Counted from the first letter of the stretch, positions 1-10,763 are shown. The stretch is 64,000 nt of DNA from Minisyncoccia bacterium (GCA_046293175.1 JBKBPM010000001.1:4484-68483), one strand, 5' to 3'. Made by a program: numbers and translations. Notes: generated from the sequence alone by a model not told the origin.

Positions 1-1140
1 AGTGTTGTAGACAGTAATTGTTTTGGTTGTCATAGCTTCTGTTGTGCGGTCTTTAAGTGCGGCAGCGATGTTGTTTTTTAATGTTGATGCTAGTTTGGTG
101 TCGGTGAGGATACTCGATAATGCACCAGCGAGCGCTGGGCTGTTGTCTCTTGGTACCAAGAGCCCACTTTTGCGATCGGAAACAATATCAGTAATCCCAC
201 CAACATTAGTGGCGACAATCGGTAGTTGAGCCAAACCTGCTTCATGAAGAACGTATCCATATGATTCTGATTTTGAAGCCAAGACAAATATATCAAACGC
301 TTTAAGGAAACGGGCTGCTTCGTGGAGGCTCCCAACCACAAAAATATGCTCAGACATACCACGGTCTTTGACCCATGCTTCCAGATTGTCTCGCAGTTGG
401 CCATCGCCGATACAGATGAGACGTAGGTTTGGATTAGTAGCAGTGAGGCTACGTACAGCTTCAAAAAGCACTTGGTGACGTTTGATCGGATGGAGTTCTG
501 CAACACAGACAAGCCATGGATCGTTTTGGTAGGGGAGAAGTACCGGGAAAAAATCGACAATCTTCTCACGAGCTTCGGCCCGTGAGAACATGACACCGAT
601 ACTGCGTCCAGGGTTAATCACAGACATTTTTTTATGTACTCCTGGCCAATTCATCTCTCGCATCATGCCAGATGAGACTGCGATAGTATGGTGTGAGAGA
701 ACGACGGAGGCATAATGGATACCTTTGATGAGGAAACGTTGCCAGAAGGGCCTGTCTTCATTAAAAGCCCACCCATGAGCGGTAAAAACAATACGTGGGA
801 CTAACGCCAAACGTCCAACCAAAGCTCCCATAGCGCCAGCCTTTGAACTATTAAGATGAAGCACGTCTGGTTTTTCGGTACGGAAAATGGTGTAGAGCTC
901 GCGCGCGAGAAAAAGCTCTTGTTTGACATGAACATCGCGCGCGAGGCTTTTGATAGTAATGGTACGAATACCTGCATGATGAAGCATCTCGACGAGCGTA
1001 CCATTACCACCAAGAGCGACCACAGGTTCAAATTCATTGCGATTGAGGGTGGTCGCAAGATCGTAGACGTAACGTTGCGCCCCACCCCAATTTGACTTGG
1101 TAATAAGGAACAGTATTTTTTTAGGTTGCGAGGCAGACAT
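1..1140 (-). CDS. GT4 glycosyltransferase (3' end runs off window; absent from ORF track)
   Basis: Manual translation from ATG at 1140: MSASQPKKILFLITKSNWGGAQRYVYDLA...FDIFVLASKSESYGYVLHEAGLAQLPIVATNVGGI (GT4 E-x7-E motif); no stop reached before position 1. Confidence 0.9.
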   Translation of the reverse strand, partial: MSASQPKKILFLITKSNWGGAQRYVYDLATTLNRNEFEPVVALGGNGTLVEMLHHAGIRTITIKSLARDVHVKQELFLARELYTIFRTEKPDVLHLNSSKAGAMGALVGRLALVPRIVFTAHGWAFNEDRPFWQRFLIKGIHYASVVLSHHTIAVSSGMMREMNWPGVHKKMSVINPGRSIGVMFSRAEAREKIVDFFPVLLPYQNDPWLVCVAELHPIKRHQVLFEAVRSLTATNPNLRLICIGDGQLRDNLEAWVKDRGMSEHIFVVGSLHEAARFLKAFDIFVLASKSESYGYVLHEAGLAQLPIVATNVGGITDIVSDRKSGLLVPRDNSPALAGALSSILTDTKLASTLKNNIAAALKDRTTEAMTTKTITVYNT

Positions 1141-1314
1141 ATAGTTAGTTAGAACGGTTTTCCAGTCGAAGAATAAGTGATTCTATGAAGTAAAATAAGG
1201 CTATTATCGGTTTTATCGGCGTAATCATGGGGTATAACCAAGCATACCGCATTTTGGATACAGAAGCGACTAAGGCTTGCTAGTCTAGTATCCTCTGGTA
1301 CCATAGGAGCACTT

Positions 1315-2718
1315 ATGGGAGAACGTACTCGGGAGCTCACCATTCTCATTATTGGTGACAGTATTGCTTTTTTGAGTGCGCTTTGGCTGACGCTATTAGT
1401 GCGATATTTGGACTGGCCAGCTAGGGATTTGCTCGCAAGTCACTTTGGTCCATTTCTCCTCCTGTCTGGACTGTGGCTGTTTATTTTCTACATTGGCGGT
1501 CTTTACGACAAACACACCACCATTCTCAAAACGTTTTTGTTTAGTCGGATTTTAAACACACAGGTAGTCAATATCATCTTAGCGTTTTTCCTTTTTCTCA
1601 TTATTCCATTTGGTATTGCGCCAAAGACCAACCTGGTCATTTATCTCTTTATCTCAGTAGGGTTGATTACTTATTGGCGTATGTATCTGTATCCGCGCTT
1701 TGCGCCGATTGCCCACAAGCGCGCCATACTCTTGGCCGACGGGGACGAAGCGATTGAGCTCGTCGACGAAGTAAATAACAATGACCGCTACTCCTATTCC
1801 TTTGTGCGTTTGATTGATAGCCAAACGGCACTAAAAACACCAGATTTCAAAGAAAAACTACTTGCTCTCATTGAAAAAGAGCGGATTGATATTATTGTGG
1901 CCGACCCACATAGTCCCTATCTCGAACAAGTGTTGCCGGAGTTGTTTGATAAGGCGTTTATAGATTTTGATTTTACCTTCCTCGATTTCTATAAAGTGTA
2001 TGAAGACACGTTTGATCGTGTGCCACTCTCGGCGTTGCGATACGATTGGTTTTTAGCGCATGTCTCACAATCACGGAGTCTCGTGTATGATGTATCAAAA
2101 CGTCTCATTGATCTGGTGACCTGTCTTATTCTAGGAATTGGTTTTCTTATCCTCTTGCCCTTTGTGTATCTTGCCATGCGCATTGAAGGTCCCGGCCCGT
2201 TCTTCATTACCCAAGACAGAATTGGGCAATACAATCGACCAGTGAAGGTGCATAAAATTCGCACCATGACGAAAAATCTCGCTGGTAGTGGTACCTGGAC
2301 CGGGGAAGATGCTAAGCAAAATAATGTGGTGACAAAAGTCGGGGCGATTTTGCGCAAGCTCAGTATTGACGAGATTCCACAGATTTGGGCAATCATCCGT
2401 GGCGATATGTCACTCATTGGTCCGCGTAATGATACCGCTGGTCTTGGTGAGCGTCTCGCGAGTGAAATCCCATACTACAAAATCCGCTACTTCGTAAAGC
2501 CGGGAGTGACCGGTTGGGCGCAGACCAATCAGCGCTATATTCCAGGGAATATCAGTCCGCAATCAATTGAGGAATCTCGGATTCGCTTTTCTTATGACTT
2601 GTACTACCTCAAGAACCGATCATTCTGGCTTGATATGGCGATTTTCCTCCGGACGATTAAGACGGTTTTGTCGCGGTTTGGAGTGTCCGTATATTTTCCA
2701 CGTAATAAATTTAAATAA
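1315..2718 (+). CDS. Polyprenyl-phosphate sugar phosphotransferase (WcaJ/WbaP-like priming transferase)
   Basis: N-terminal TM helices; KRLIDL, KIRTM, LRKLSIDEIPQ, GDMSLIGPR, KPGVTGWAQ motifs. Confidence 0.9.
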   Translation: MGERTRELTILIIGDSIAFLSALWLTLLVRYLDWPARDLLASHFGPFLLLSGLWLFIFYIGGLYDKHTTILKTFLFSRILNTQVVNIILAFFLFLIIPFGIAPKTNLVIYLFISVGLITYWRMYLYPRFAPIAHKRAILLADGDEAIELVDEVNNNDRYSYSFVRLIDSQTALKTPDFKEKLLALIEKERIDIIVADPHSPYLEQVLPELFDKAFIDFDFTFLDFYKVYEDTFDRVPLSALRYDWFLAHVSQSRSLVYDVSKRLIDLVTCLILGIGFLILLPFVYLAMRIEGPGPFFITQDRIGQYNRPVKVHKIRTMTKNLAGSGTWTGEDAKQNNVVTKVGAILRKLSIDEIPQIWAIIRGDMSLIGPRNDTAGLGERLASEIPYYKIRYFVKPGVTGWAQTNQRYIPGNISPQSIEESRIRFSYDLYYLKNRSFWLDMAIFLRTIKTVLSRFGVSVYFPRNKFK

Positions 2719-2751
2719 TAGTAGGTGGCTCAATAAACAGAGTTGGAAATG

Positions 2752-2875
2752 GCACCAAAAAAACGCCCGCGGAAGGCGCATTTTGGTGGGTGGACCAAAA
2801 TTAATTATAGTCGCTACGCTCATTAATTTCGGCCACATTCGCCATTGTTGGGCTAAAGCTCTTTGTGGCTCATGT
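2752..2875. repeat. Intergenic cluster of hairpins (REP/MITE-like)
   Basis: Three consecutive inverted repeats, including GTCGCTACGCTCA and TTCGCCA...TGGCTCA; the latter recurs near 59644. Confidence 0.5.
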
Positions 2876-2913
2876 TACTTTTCTTTATCTTCTAATGTTA
2901 TACTCTTGAACAT

Positions 2914-3993
2914 ATGAAACAAACGGTTTTTATTGTTGGTGGTGCTGGGTACATCGGTGAGATGCTCTGTGATCAGATGAGTAAGCGTGACGATGTTGCA
3001 GCGATTGTAGCGTTGGACAAAGAGCCGCAGTCAGAGTTTTCAAAATCAATTCCCAAAGTTACCTATATACAGCACAACATGGCTGATGACGGCTGGCAGG
3101 AACAAGTAGCAGCTCATAACCCGACTACGGTCGTACATACTGCATGGCAGATTCGTGCTATGTACGGTCAGGCACAAGAAGAGTGGCGTTGGAATGTCGA
3201 AGGATCTGACAAAATCTTCCAGTTCGCGATGACGACCGACTCGGTAGAAAAGCTCATTTATTTTTCTACCGCTTCTTCATACAGTGCACGCTCTAACAAC
3301 ACGATCGAGCATCGATTTACTGAACTCGAAGGGTTTCGTGATGACGACTACATTTATGCCAAAGAAAAGAAGGTTACCGAAGAGCGTCTTAAGACCTTGT
3401 TTGATGAGCGCAAGGCAGCGGGGAAGCCAGTGCCGCAGGTCTTTGTGGTACGACCAGCGGCAATTACTGGTCCACGTGGTCGCTATATGCGCAACCGTTT
3501 TGGTCTCCAGTCTGCGCTCCAAGGTAACCTCAAGGGAGGCTTTGCGTATAAGCTCGTAACGTCACTCACCGCGTTTGTGCCAGCCACGAAGCTTTGGGCA
3601 CGTCAGTTCATCCATGAAGATGATGTGAATGATATCGTGATGAAGTTCACCTTCGAACCATTCAGTCAGGATTATGTGGTGTTCAACATTACACCTGACA
3701 GCGAACCGGTATTAGCCAAAGATATGGCTGCAGCAGTTGGGAAGCGTATCTTGCCTATACATCCCTGGATGGCCCGGATTGCCTTCTTTTTCTTTTGGCA
3801 CGCAACACGGGGTAAGGTACCAACTTGTCCCGGATCATGGCGGTTCTACTCGTATCCGGTGGTGATGAGTGGCGCCAAGCTCGCGACGGTGTACGAGTGT
3901 AAGTACACCAGTAAAGATGCGTTTCAGTACACTGACGGTCGGTACGAATCATACGTGCCTGAGACGCTCCGTCGCCCGAAGCCAAAACAGTAG
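2914..3993 (+). CDS. NAD-dependent epimerase/dehydratase (extended SDR)
   Basis: GGAGYIG and YAKEK (YxxxK) motifs, FIHEDDV. Confidence 0.85.
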   Translation: MKQTVFIVGGAGYIGEMLCDQMSKRDDVAAIVALDKEPQSEFSKSIPKVTYIQHNMADDGWQEQVAAHNPTTVVHTAWQIRAMYGQAQEEWRWNVEGSDKIFQFAMTTDSVEKLIYFSTASSYSARSNNTIEHRFTELEGFRDDDYIYAKEKKVTEERLKTLFDERKAAGKPVPQVFVVRPAAITGPRGRYMRNRFGLQSALQGNLKGGFAYKLVTSLTAFVPATKLWARQFIHEDDVNDIVMKFTFEPFSQDYVVFNITPDSEPVLAKDMAAAVGKRILPIHPWMARIAFFFFWHATRGKVPTCPGSWRFYSYPVVMSGAKLATVYECKYTSKDAFQYTDGRYESYVPETLRRPKPKQ

Positions 3994-3996
3994 GTT

Positions 3997-4459
3997 ATGC
4001 GGAAAATTGTCACTGCAGCTTTTTGTTCTGTGGCAAATCAACCGTGGTGGGTGAGGTTGGGTATGGTGGGGACCCATATCGGTTGGATTGGTGCCGCCTA
4101 CCTCGCGTATCATGCCAATGATATGCCGCTTATGTTAATTGCGATTGGCACGATACTATTCTCGTGTACGTTTCACCTGACCGGACGTCGTGGTTTTGAG
4201 ATTATCGACACTGCCTACGCGGCTCTTTATATAGGCCTTGGCCCGTTGCTCCTTAGTGTAGCTGGCGCATCTCTGAAAGAATGGTTGTTTGGTGGTGTTG
4301 TGACACTTGCTGCGCTCTTTTATCTATACGATATCGACCCATCGCCGATTGAGTGGTAAATGTCTGGCGTATGTACAGTGGCACGCTCTCTGGCATATCA
4401 CCGCTTCACTCTTAACATTGCTTATCTACGGTATCTATTTAGATTATTGGCGCTTTTAA
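3997..4459 (+). CDS. CREST-superfamily (ceramidase/HlyIII-like) membrane protein, frameshifted in T-run 4318-4321
   Basis: SCTFH and Asp motifs in the first frame; WHALWH in the shifted frame, which ends at TAA 4457-4459. Confidence 0.65.
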
Positions 4460-4503
4460 GTTGGTGTCAGGTCTCGCTGTAATTGTGGTATACTCACCTC
4501 CAT

Positions 4504-5301
4504 ATGATTATTGATGGACGAGCATTGGCGGGTGCAATCGTATCAGATTTACGAAAAGAAACCGCCGCTATGGCAGGATTGCCGCTCCTCACTGTTTTTA
4601 CCTGTGCACCAAATTTTGAAACGAAGAAGTTTCTTGATCTCAAAACGAAGCGAGCAGCAGAGGCTGGTATCTCGGTCAGTGTGATTGAACTTCCGCCAAA
4701 CGTTACGTTGGCTCAGGTGAACACCGCCATCAATCAAAGTCGAACTATTAGTGACGGTATCATTATCCAGTTTCCGTTTCCACACCTCACTACCAAAGAC
4801 CTCATTGATTTACTACCAACCGAGCTCGATGTTGATGTTACGAATTATGATGGACAAGCCAAGGGATTATTGCCGCCAGTGGTAGGGGCGATTGCAGAAA
4901 TCAGCCAAGCTCATACTATTGATTGGGTTGGGAAGTCGGTGGTGGTGGTGGGTAATGGGCGCCTGGTGGGCGCGCCTGCGGCTGCCTATGCTGTAACCCA
5001 AGGAGCGACGGTGACCGTGGTCACCAAAGACTCCAATAATCTTTCAGTGACTCATGACGCTGATATTATTATTCTCGGTGCTGGTTCGCCGGGACTCCTC
5101 ACACCAGAGATGGTGAAAGACGGAGTTGTGGTATTTGATGCGGGAACTTCCGAAGAGGGAGGTATGCTCGTGGGCGATGCCCATCCTCTTGTGGCGAACA
5201 AAGCCAGTCTATTCACCCCAGTCCCTGGAGGAATAGGTCCGTTAACCATTGCCATACTCCTCAAAAACGTGCTCTATTTGGCCAAACAGCATAGAAAATA
5301 A
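4504..5301 (+). CDS. folD: Methylenetetrahydrofolate dehydrogenase/cyclohydrolase
   Basis: MIIDGRALA start, GIIIQFPFP, VVGNGRLVGAP, TPVPGGIGPLTIA. Confidence 0.92.
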   Translation: MIIDGRALAGAIVSDLRKETAAMAGLPLLTVFTCAPNFETKKFLDLKTKRAAEAGISVSVIELPPNVTLAQVNTAINQSRTISDGIIIQFPFPHLTTKDLIDLLPTELDVDVTNYDGQAKGLLPPVVGAIAEISQAHTIDWVGKSVVVVGNGRLVGAPAAAYAVTQGATVTVVTKDSNNLSVTHDADIIILGAGSPGLLTPEMVKDGVVVFDAGTSEEGGMLVGDAHPLVANKASLFTPVPGGIGPLTIAILLKNVLYLAKQHRK

Positions 5302-5347
5302 AGCGCTTTTATGGTATAACAGCCATATTATTTTGTAAGGTTCAGGT

Positions 5348-6805
5348 ATGGGCTCAAAAACAGACGCCAAAGACACTTCACCACAGGTGGAGGCTTTCAT
5401 TAGAATTTTTCGCGCAGTTGTTGTGTTGGCGCTTGGTGTGCTTATTGGCTATTTCGTCTGGTACAACGCGACCACGCCCGATGCCAAGTTCCCCTTTAAG
5501 CTCGGGCTCGATCTCGCAGGTGGTAGTCACCTCGTTTATGAAGCGGACGTGAGTAAAATTGATCCCGCTGAAGTGCCAGAGCTCATGGCAGTGTTGCGCG
5601 ATGTGATTGAACGTCGTATCAACGTCTTTGGTGTTTCAGAACCAATTATCCAGGTCGAAGAAAGTAGTTTTGCGGCCGAAGAGAAGCGTCACCGTCTTGT
5701 GGTTGAACTCCCGGGAGTCACCGATGTGGAAGCAGCGGTTACTGAAATTGGCCGTACACCACTCCTTGAATTTAAGCTCATGAATGCAGAGAAGGTAATT
5801 GCGGCTGAACAAGCCGAGAACCTTCGCCGCAGTGCTTCTGGAACCGGTGCCATCATTGGTAATGTTTCAGTAAATGGAGAATCGGTTGATTCATTAGACC
5901 CATACACCGATACTGGTCTCACTGGACGATACCTTGCCAGTGCTGCTCTGGAATTCGCTGGGGGACAGTCTGGACAGCTAGCAAACGAACCGTTAGTCGC
6001 TATTACGTTCACGGACGAAGGGGGTAAGTTATTTGAAGAAATCACCCGTAATAATGTTGGGCAGCAGCTCGCGATTTTCCTTGATGGTGAAATCATTTCG
6101 GCTCCCCGCATTAATGAAGCCATCTCTGGTGGTCGAGCCACCATTTCAGGCGGCTTTACTCCAGATGAGGCCCGAGAACTCGCGCAGAACCTCAACTTTG
6201 GTGCGCTTCCCGTACCAATTAATCTTGAAAGTACACAAACCATCGGCGCTTCACTCGGAGCTGAGGTGCTCGAAAAAGGGGTAACGGCCGGTATTGTTGG
6301 TCTCGGGATCGTCATACTCTTTATGGTGTTGTGGTACCGCGTACCTGGACTCATTGCCGGTCTTGCCTTGCTGCTCTATGTGACCATTATGCTGTCTCTC
6401 TTTATGCTCATTCCTGTCACTCTGACGGCAGCGGGTCTTGCTGGTTTTATTTTGTCACTGGGTATGGCGGTGGATGCAAACGTACTAGTCTTTGAACGTA
6501 TGAAAGAAGAAATGCGCGCTGGACGAAGTAGTCGAGCCGGTGCCGAAGAAGGTTTTCGTCGAGCGTGGAGTGCGATTCGAGACGGAAACGCCACCAGTAT
6601 TCTTTCGGCTATTGTATTGTTTTGGTTTGGTACCTCCATTGTTAAAGGCTTCGCCCTGGTGTTTGGTATCGGCGTGATTGTATCAATGATAAGTGCGATT
6701 GTACTCACTCGTACTTTGCTTATGGCATTGCCGGATTATCAGTTGTCACACAGTAGGTTTATTCGCTTCGTCTACGGCAGTGGATTTAATCGTTCAAATA
6801 ATTAA
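5348..6805 (+). CDS. secD: Protein translocase subunit SecD
   Basis: KLGLDLAGG, RRINVFGVSEP, GMAVDANVLVFERMKEE. Confidence 0.96.
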   Translation: MGSKTDAKDTSPQVEAFIRIFRAVVVLALGVLIGYFVWYNATTPDAKFPFKLGLDLAGGSHLVYEADVSKIDPAEVPELMAVLRDVIERRINVFGVSEPIIQVEESSFAAEEKRHRLVVELPGVTDVEAAVTEIGRTPLLEFKLMNAEKVIAAEQAENLRRSASGTGAIIGNVSVNGESVDSLDPYTDTGLTGRYLASAALEFAGGQSGQLANEPLVAITFTDEGGKLFEEITRNNVGQQLAIFLDGEIISAPRINEAISGGRATISGGFTPDEARELAQNLNFGALPVPINLESTQTIGASLGAEVLEKGVTAGIVGLGIVILFMVLWYRVPGLIAGLALLLYVTIMLSLFMLIPVTLTAAGLAGFILSLGMAVDANVLVFERMKEEMRAGRSSRAGAEEGFRRAWSAIRDGNATSILSAIVLFWFGTSIVKGFALVFGIGVIVSMISAIVLTRTLLMALPDYQLSHSRFIRFVYGSGFNRSNN

Positions 6806-6811
6806 TCCGGT

Positions 6812-7789
6812 ATGTTTTCAGTTATCTACAAAAAATACTTTCTTGCGGCGACTGTCGTGATCTTTGCGGTATCGCTTGGAATCATCGCGGTGTTCGGATT
6901 ACAGTATAGTATCGACTTTACCGGAGGCGCCCTCACGGAAGTGAGTTACGATGTGGTACCCACCAAGGCTGAACTAGAAAGCGCCCTTACGCCACTTAAT
7001 CTCGGTGGTGTCTCGGTGCGCGAAACCACATTAGGTGACCGAGGTGAAGGGTATTTCATTCGTACTCGTGACCTCTCAGAAGAAGAACGTACTACGCTCG
7101 AAGAAACTATTCTAGCGGTAGGAGAAGGAGGAAATATTGAGCGTTTTACCACCGTTGGACCAACTATTGGAGCCGAGCTTTCGAGCAAGGCGGTGTGGGC
7201 GCTTGGGTTTGTATCACTCATTATTATTCTCTATGTTGCGTATGCCTTTGCGGGTATCGGCAAGCCAGTGAGTGCCTGGATTTATGGGCTTATTACAATT
7301 TTTGTGCTCTTTCACGACGTGCTCGTACCGACAGCGATGATGAGTCTGCTTGGTCACTTTGTGGGCGCTGAAATTGATGTCCTCTTTGTGATGGCGGTCC
7401 TCGCTGTCCTTGGGTACTCGGTCAACGACACGATTGTTGTATTTGACCGGGTCCGTGAAAATCTAAAATTAAATCGAACGGAAAGACGGACCAAAATCAA
7501 AGAGCCAGGTGGTATTGAACTAGAGCATGTTGAGTATACCTTGACCAAGCCGTTTAATGACATTATTGGTCCCGCTGTTACCGAGACCCTTGGTCGGTCG
7601 ATTAATACCTCGTTCACTACACTGCTCGCCCTCATTGCGCTGTACTTTTTTGGTGGGGAATTAACTAAAAATTTTGCACTGGTGTTGATGGCTGGTGTGG
7701 TAGCGGGAACCTACTCGTCTATTTGTATGGCGGTACCACTTTTGGCAGCGTATGCTAAGTGGCAGGCAAAGCGTGAGATTAGTAAGTAG
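6812..7789 (+). CDS. secF: Protein translocase subunit SecF
   Basis: SIDFTGG, GYSVNDTIVVFDRVREN, GTYSSI. Confidence 0.96.
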   Translation: MFSVIYKKYFLAATVVIFAVSLGIIAVFGLQYSIDFTGGALTEVSYDVVPTKAELESALTPLNLGGVSVRETTLGDRGEGYFIRTRDLSEEERTTLEETILAVGEGGNIERFTTVGPTIGAELSSKAVWALGFVSLIIILYVAYAFAGIGKPVSAWIYGLITIFVLFHDVLVPTAMMSLLGHFVGAEIDVLFVMAVLAVLGYSVNDTIVVFDRVRENLKLNRTERRTKIKEPGGIELEHVEYTLTKPFNDIIGPAVTETLGRSINTSFTTLLALIALYFFGGELTKNFALVLMAGVVAGTYSSICMAVPLLAAYAKWQAKREISK

Positions 7790-7792
7790 TCT

Positions 7793-8344
7793 ATGATTAT
7801 TGGTATTGCCGGAACCGACGGATCTGGAAAAGGCACGGTCGTTGATCATCTCGTTAAAAATTATGGCTTTGCGCATTACTCCAGCCGAGCGATTATTCTT
7901 GAACACATAAACGCTTTTGGATTGCCTGACACTCGAGCTCAGATGCGGCTCTCCGCTAATGAGCTACGTGCAAAGCATGGAAATGATTTTTTGGTGACAC
8001 AAGCACTTAAACGCATGCAGCGTGATGGTGTACATAATGCGATTATCGAATCAATTCGAGCTACCGCTGAAGCAAATACACTAAAATCTCACGGAGGAAT
8101 CCTGCTCGCTGTTGATGCCAATCAAGAACTTCGTTATGAGCGTGTACAAGCTAGACGTTCAGAAACAGACCGAGTCTCATTTGAGCAATTTGTTGCACAT
8201 GAAGAGCTTGAAAAGAATGATCCCGACCCTCATGGTATGCAAAAAGGGAAAGTGATTGAAATGGCCGATTACACCATCATGAACGATGGTACCATAGAGG
8301 AGTTGCATCAGGCGGTTGATGCGTTTATGCAAAAATATCTCTAA
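7793..8344 (+). CDS. P-loop NMP/dephospho-CoA kinase-like protein
   Basis: IIGIAGTDGSGKGT Walker A; ADYTIMNDGTIEEL C-terminus. Confidence 0.75.
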   Translation: MIIGIAGTDGSGKGTVVDHLVKNYGFAHYSSRAIILEHINAFGLPDTRAQMRLSANELRAKHGNDFLVTQALKRMQRDGVHNAIIESIRATAEANTLKSHGGILLAVDANQELRYERVQARRSETDRVSFEQFVAHEELEKNDPDPHGMQKGKVIEMADYTIMNDGTIEELHQAVDAFMQKYL

Positions 8345-8352
8345 TAATAAAA

Positions 8353-8380
8353 AAGACCGGCACCTAGAGGTGCCGGTCTT
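8353..8380. terminator. Bidirectional intrinsic terminator
   Basis: AAGACCGGCACC-TAGA-GGTGCCGGTCTT between convergent genes. Confidence 0.8.
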
Positions 8381-8396
8381 CAGTATTTTTGACCTC

Positions 8397-9095
8397 TTAA
8401 TTATGAATCCTGGTGCCGATAAACGGACGTCCGGCCAAGTAATCCTCAAGGCTTGATAGCTTCAGGCCATTAAGCTGCGCGACTTCAATATTATCGCGCT
8501 CGGCCACCTTCGCAGCCACGGGGTCAAATGGAGCAGAGAGACCAGGTGCCCAATCTTCAGGGATGAGTTTGCGGAAGTCAGCCCAGGTGATGTCTTCGAT
8601 CTTCTGCGCGTCTGGATTCGTGTGTGGGTTGTCCGTGTACACGTAGTCAGTGTTCGAGAGGTTGATGACGGTCTTCGCACCAATCTTCTCCGCAATCTGG
8701 ACGGCGCGGAGGTCAGTGGAGCAGCCAGGACGATATCCAGCCGCAATAATGACGCGGTACTGCGGAGGCACATCAAGGACCTCGTCAGGGTTCTTGATCA
8801 TAATGTGGTAGGCAATATCACGAAAGATAGTTCGCAAAAGGTGGCCATTAAGGTGAGTCGAGTGAATGCCAAGCCAATCAAGGTCATCTCGGGTCAGGTC
8901 AGTCACGTCACCGGCTGCGTCTTGGTAGCGTCTCGCCGTCTTGCCACCGCCGGCGATGATAATAAAACGACGACCACTTTGGGTCGCTTCATTGGTGACT
9001 AAGGATTTGAGGGTCTTCAAAAAGGTGGTGTCAATCTGATCAGGGACAATCAGTGATCCGCCAACTGACATAACAATGGTTTCTGTGGTAGTCAT
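8397..9095 (-). CDS. pyrH: UMP kinase (archaeal-type)
   Basis: MSVGGSLIVP, GGGKTARRYQ, PGCSTD, PFDPVAAK; start placed at the ATG just after a TACAAT box. Confidence 0.92.
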   Translation of the reverse strand: MTTTETIVMSVGGSLIVPDQIDTTFLKTLKSLVTNEATQSGRRFIIIAGGGKTARRYQDAAGDVTDLTRDDLDWLGIHSTHLNGHLLRTIFRDIAYHIMIKNPDEVLDVPPQYRVIIAAGYRPGCSTDLRAVQIAEKIGAKTVINLSNTDYVYTDNPHTNPDAQKIEDITWADFRKLIPEDWAPGLSAPFDPVAAKVAERDNIEVAQLNGLKLSSLEDYLAGRPFIGTRIHN

Positions 9096-9160
9096 AACGA
9101 CTTCATTGTACGTGAGTAGGGTAACTTGTAAACAAATATGAAGTGGTACAATAGGGACAT

Positions 9161-10129
9161 ATGGAAAATGAACCACAACAAATTGAAACGTCAACGCAAC
9201 CGGCAATGGCTGCCACCAAGCCTGTCATTACCTCGGGGCGTCAATTGCTCCGGCAATCACTTGGATTTACCTTCACTAACTTTTGGCCACTTTTTGCTAT
9301 TTCACTACTCTCAGGACTAGTAGCGCTCCCGAGTCTTATTTTGGCTTTATATCTCGATACCCAGCTCGATTCGTCACTGGCGGTACAATATGGTCTTGCC
9401 ATCCTCGTGACCGTACTTGGTCTTGTCGGATCAATTGCATCTATGACCATGGCGACCCGCGCCACCATGCACGCCGGGGAATGGCGGTTGTCGGCTATTC
9501 TCGGGAGCCTAGGTCAGCTCTGGTGGCCACTGTCGCTCACGATCTTTTTTGCCTACGCAGTGATGGGGGCTGGGTTTATTTTCTTTATCATCCCGGGCAT
9601 CGCTTTTACTGTCTTTCTCTTGCCAATTATGTGGGTAGTGGCAGTGGAAGGGCTCCGTGGCAAGGCAGCCTTGGTTCGTTCGATTACGCTGGTGTCTCAG
9701 TACTGGTGGACGGTCTTTGGTCGGCTCTGCTTCCTCGGCCTCGTGTGTCTCTTGGCTTTTGTGGCAGGACTTCTTGCTGTGGTGGTCTTTTCGCCAGCTG
9801 CCTTTTTCCTTTATATGATTAATGAAACGTTTGCCCTTATTGTCTCTGTATCGGGAGCAGTAGCTGTTTATCTTGTGACAGCTACCTTTGCAACGTTTGT
9901 GATGATGCGGTATTCGCTCTTGCTCTACGAAGATTTGGTGCAGGCGACGACGGTCGAGAAAACTCCTAGCCGGTGGAGTGGCTGGCCACTGTCGGTTTTC
10001 TTGGTTATCGGTTCGCTCCTTGGTGTGCTGTACTTGCTGGCACTTCCGTACCTAACGCTAGAGGATATGCGTGAAAATACCGATGAGCCACTCCCATGGG
10101 AAGCAAGTCTCGAAGAGTTTTTTAACTAA
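9161..10129 (+). CDS. Multi-pass membrane protein of unknown function
   Basis: About 7 hydrophobic helices; FFIIPG and ALVRSITLV..WW.VFGR pattern. Confidence 0.7.
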   Translation: MENEPQQIETSTQPAMAATKPVITSGRQLLRQSLGFTFTNFWPLFAISLLSGLVALPSLILALYLDTQLDSSLAVQYGLAILVTVLGLVGSIASMTMATRATMHAGEWRLSAILGSLGQLWWPLSLTIFFAYAVMGAGFIFFIIPGIAFTVFLLPIMWVVAVEGLRGKAALVRSITLVSQYWWTVFGRLCFLGLVCLLAFVAGLLAVVVFSPAAFFLYMINETFALIVSVSGAVAVYLVTATFATFVMMRYSLLLYEDLVQATTVEKTPSRWSGWPLSVFLVIGSLLGVLYLLALPYLTLEDMRENTDEPLPWEASLEEFFN

Positions 10130-10187
10130 AGAACAGACACAGTAAAAGACCATCTTACTCGTGAGGTGGTCTTTTATGAGCAGAGAG

Positions 10188-10763
10188 CTATTTTGTAGTA
10201 ACGCGCACTCCCCAGGGGGTGGTGGTCAGAGGGTTGCGGTACCGGCGGCAGACAGGGAAGAGACAGAAGGCTAATATCACGATGATAATAGAGCGCCAGA
10301 ACTGAAACCCAATCCACCACTCATCCGTCATCGTGTGCCGCACAATTTCGTTTGTGATACCAGCTACCAGAAAGATACTAAACCAGAACCAGGTCATGAC
10401 CTGCCAGCCAGCCGGAAGGAGATCAAAGGATTGGCCAAACAGGCGTTCGAGCAAGGGTTTTGACCACGTCCGACTGCGGTAGAGGACGGCGGCACCAAGG
10501 AGGAAATAAACCGTATCTGAGAAAATAATGATATCGGGGGTGTTGCCAAAGAACGTGAGCAATCCCGACACAATCACAAAAAAGCCAAAAATGAGGGATA
10601 GTGCCGGTAGTCGCTTCTGGTAGAGGAGCATCACAGCCACGACCGCAATGGTGACGTATACATAGAGGAGAGTCGAGGTGATGAAATCGTAGTGGTAACT
10701 GGCGACGTAGAACACGACCATTGGCACACATTCGAGCAAAAAGAGGAGAGTTGTCTTCACCAT
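10188..10763 (-). CDS. YciB/IspZ-family membrane protein
   Basis: LLECVPMVVF N-terminus, NEIVR, TM pattern of septation protein A. Confidence 0.75.
   Translation of the reverse strand: MVKTTLLFLLECVPMVVFYVASYHYDFITSTLLYVYVTIAVVAVMLLYQKRLPALSLIFGFFVIVSGLLTFFGNTPDIIIFSDTVYFLLGAAVLYRSRTWSKPLLERLFGQSFDLLPAGWQVMTWFWFSIFLVAGITNEIVRHTMTDEWWIGFQFWRSIIIVILAFCLFPVCRRYRNPLTTTPWGVRVTTK

Noticed and set aside
90-1095. Track ORFs 90..596, 801..1085 and 856..1095
   Set aside because: Shadow frames of the GT4 gene on the minus strand (1..1140).
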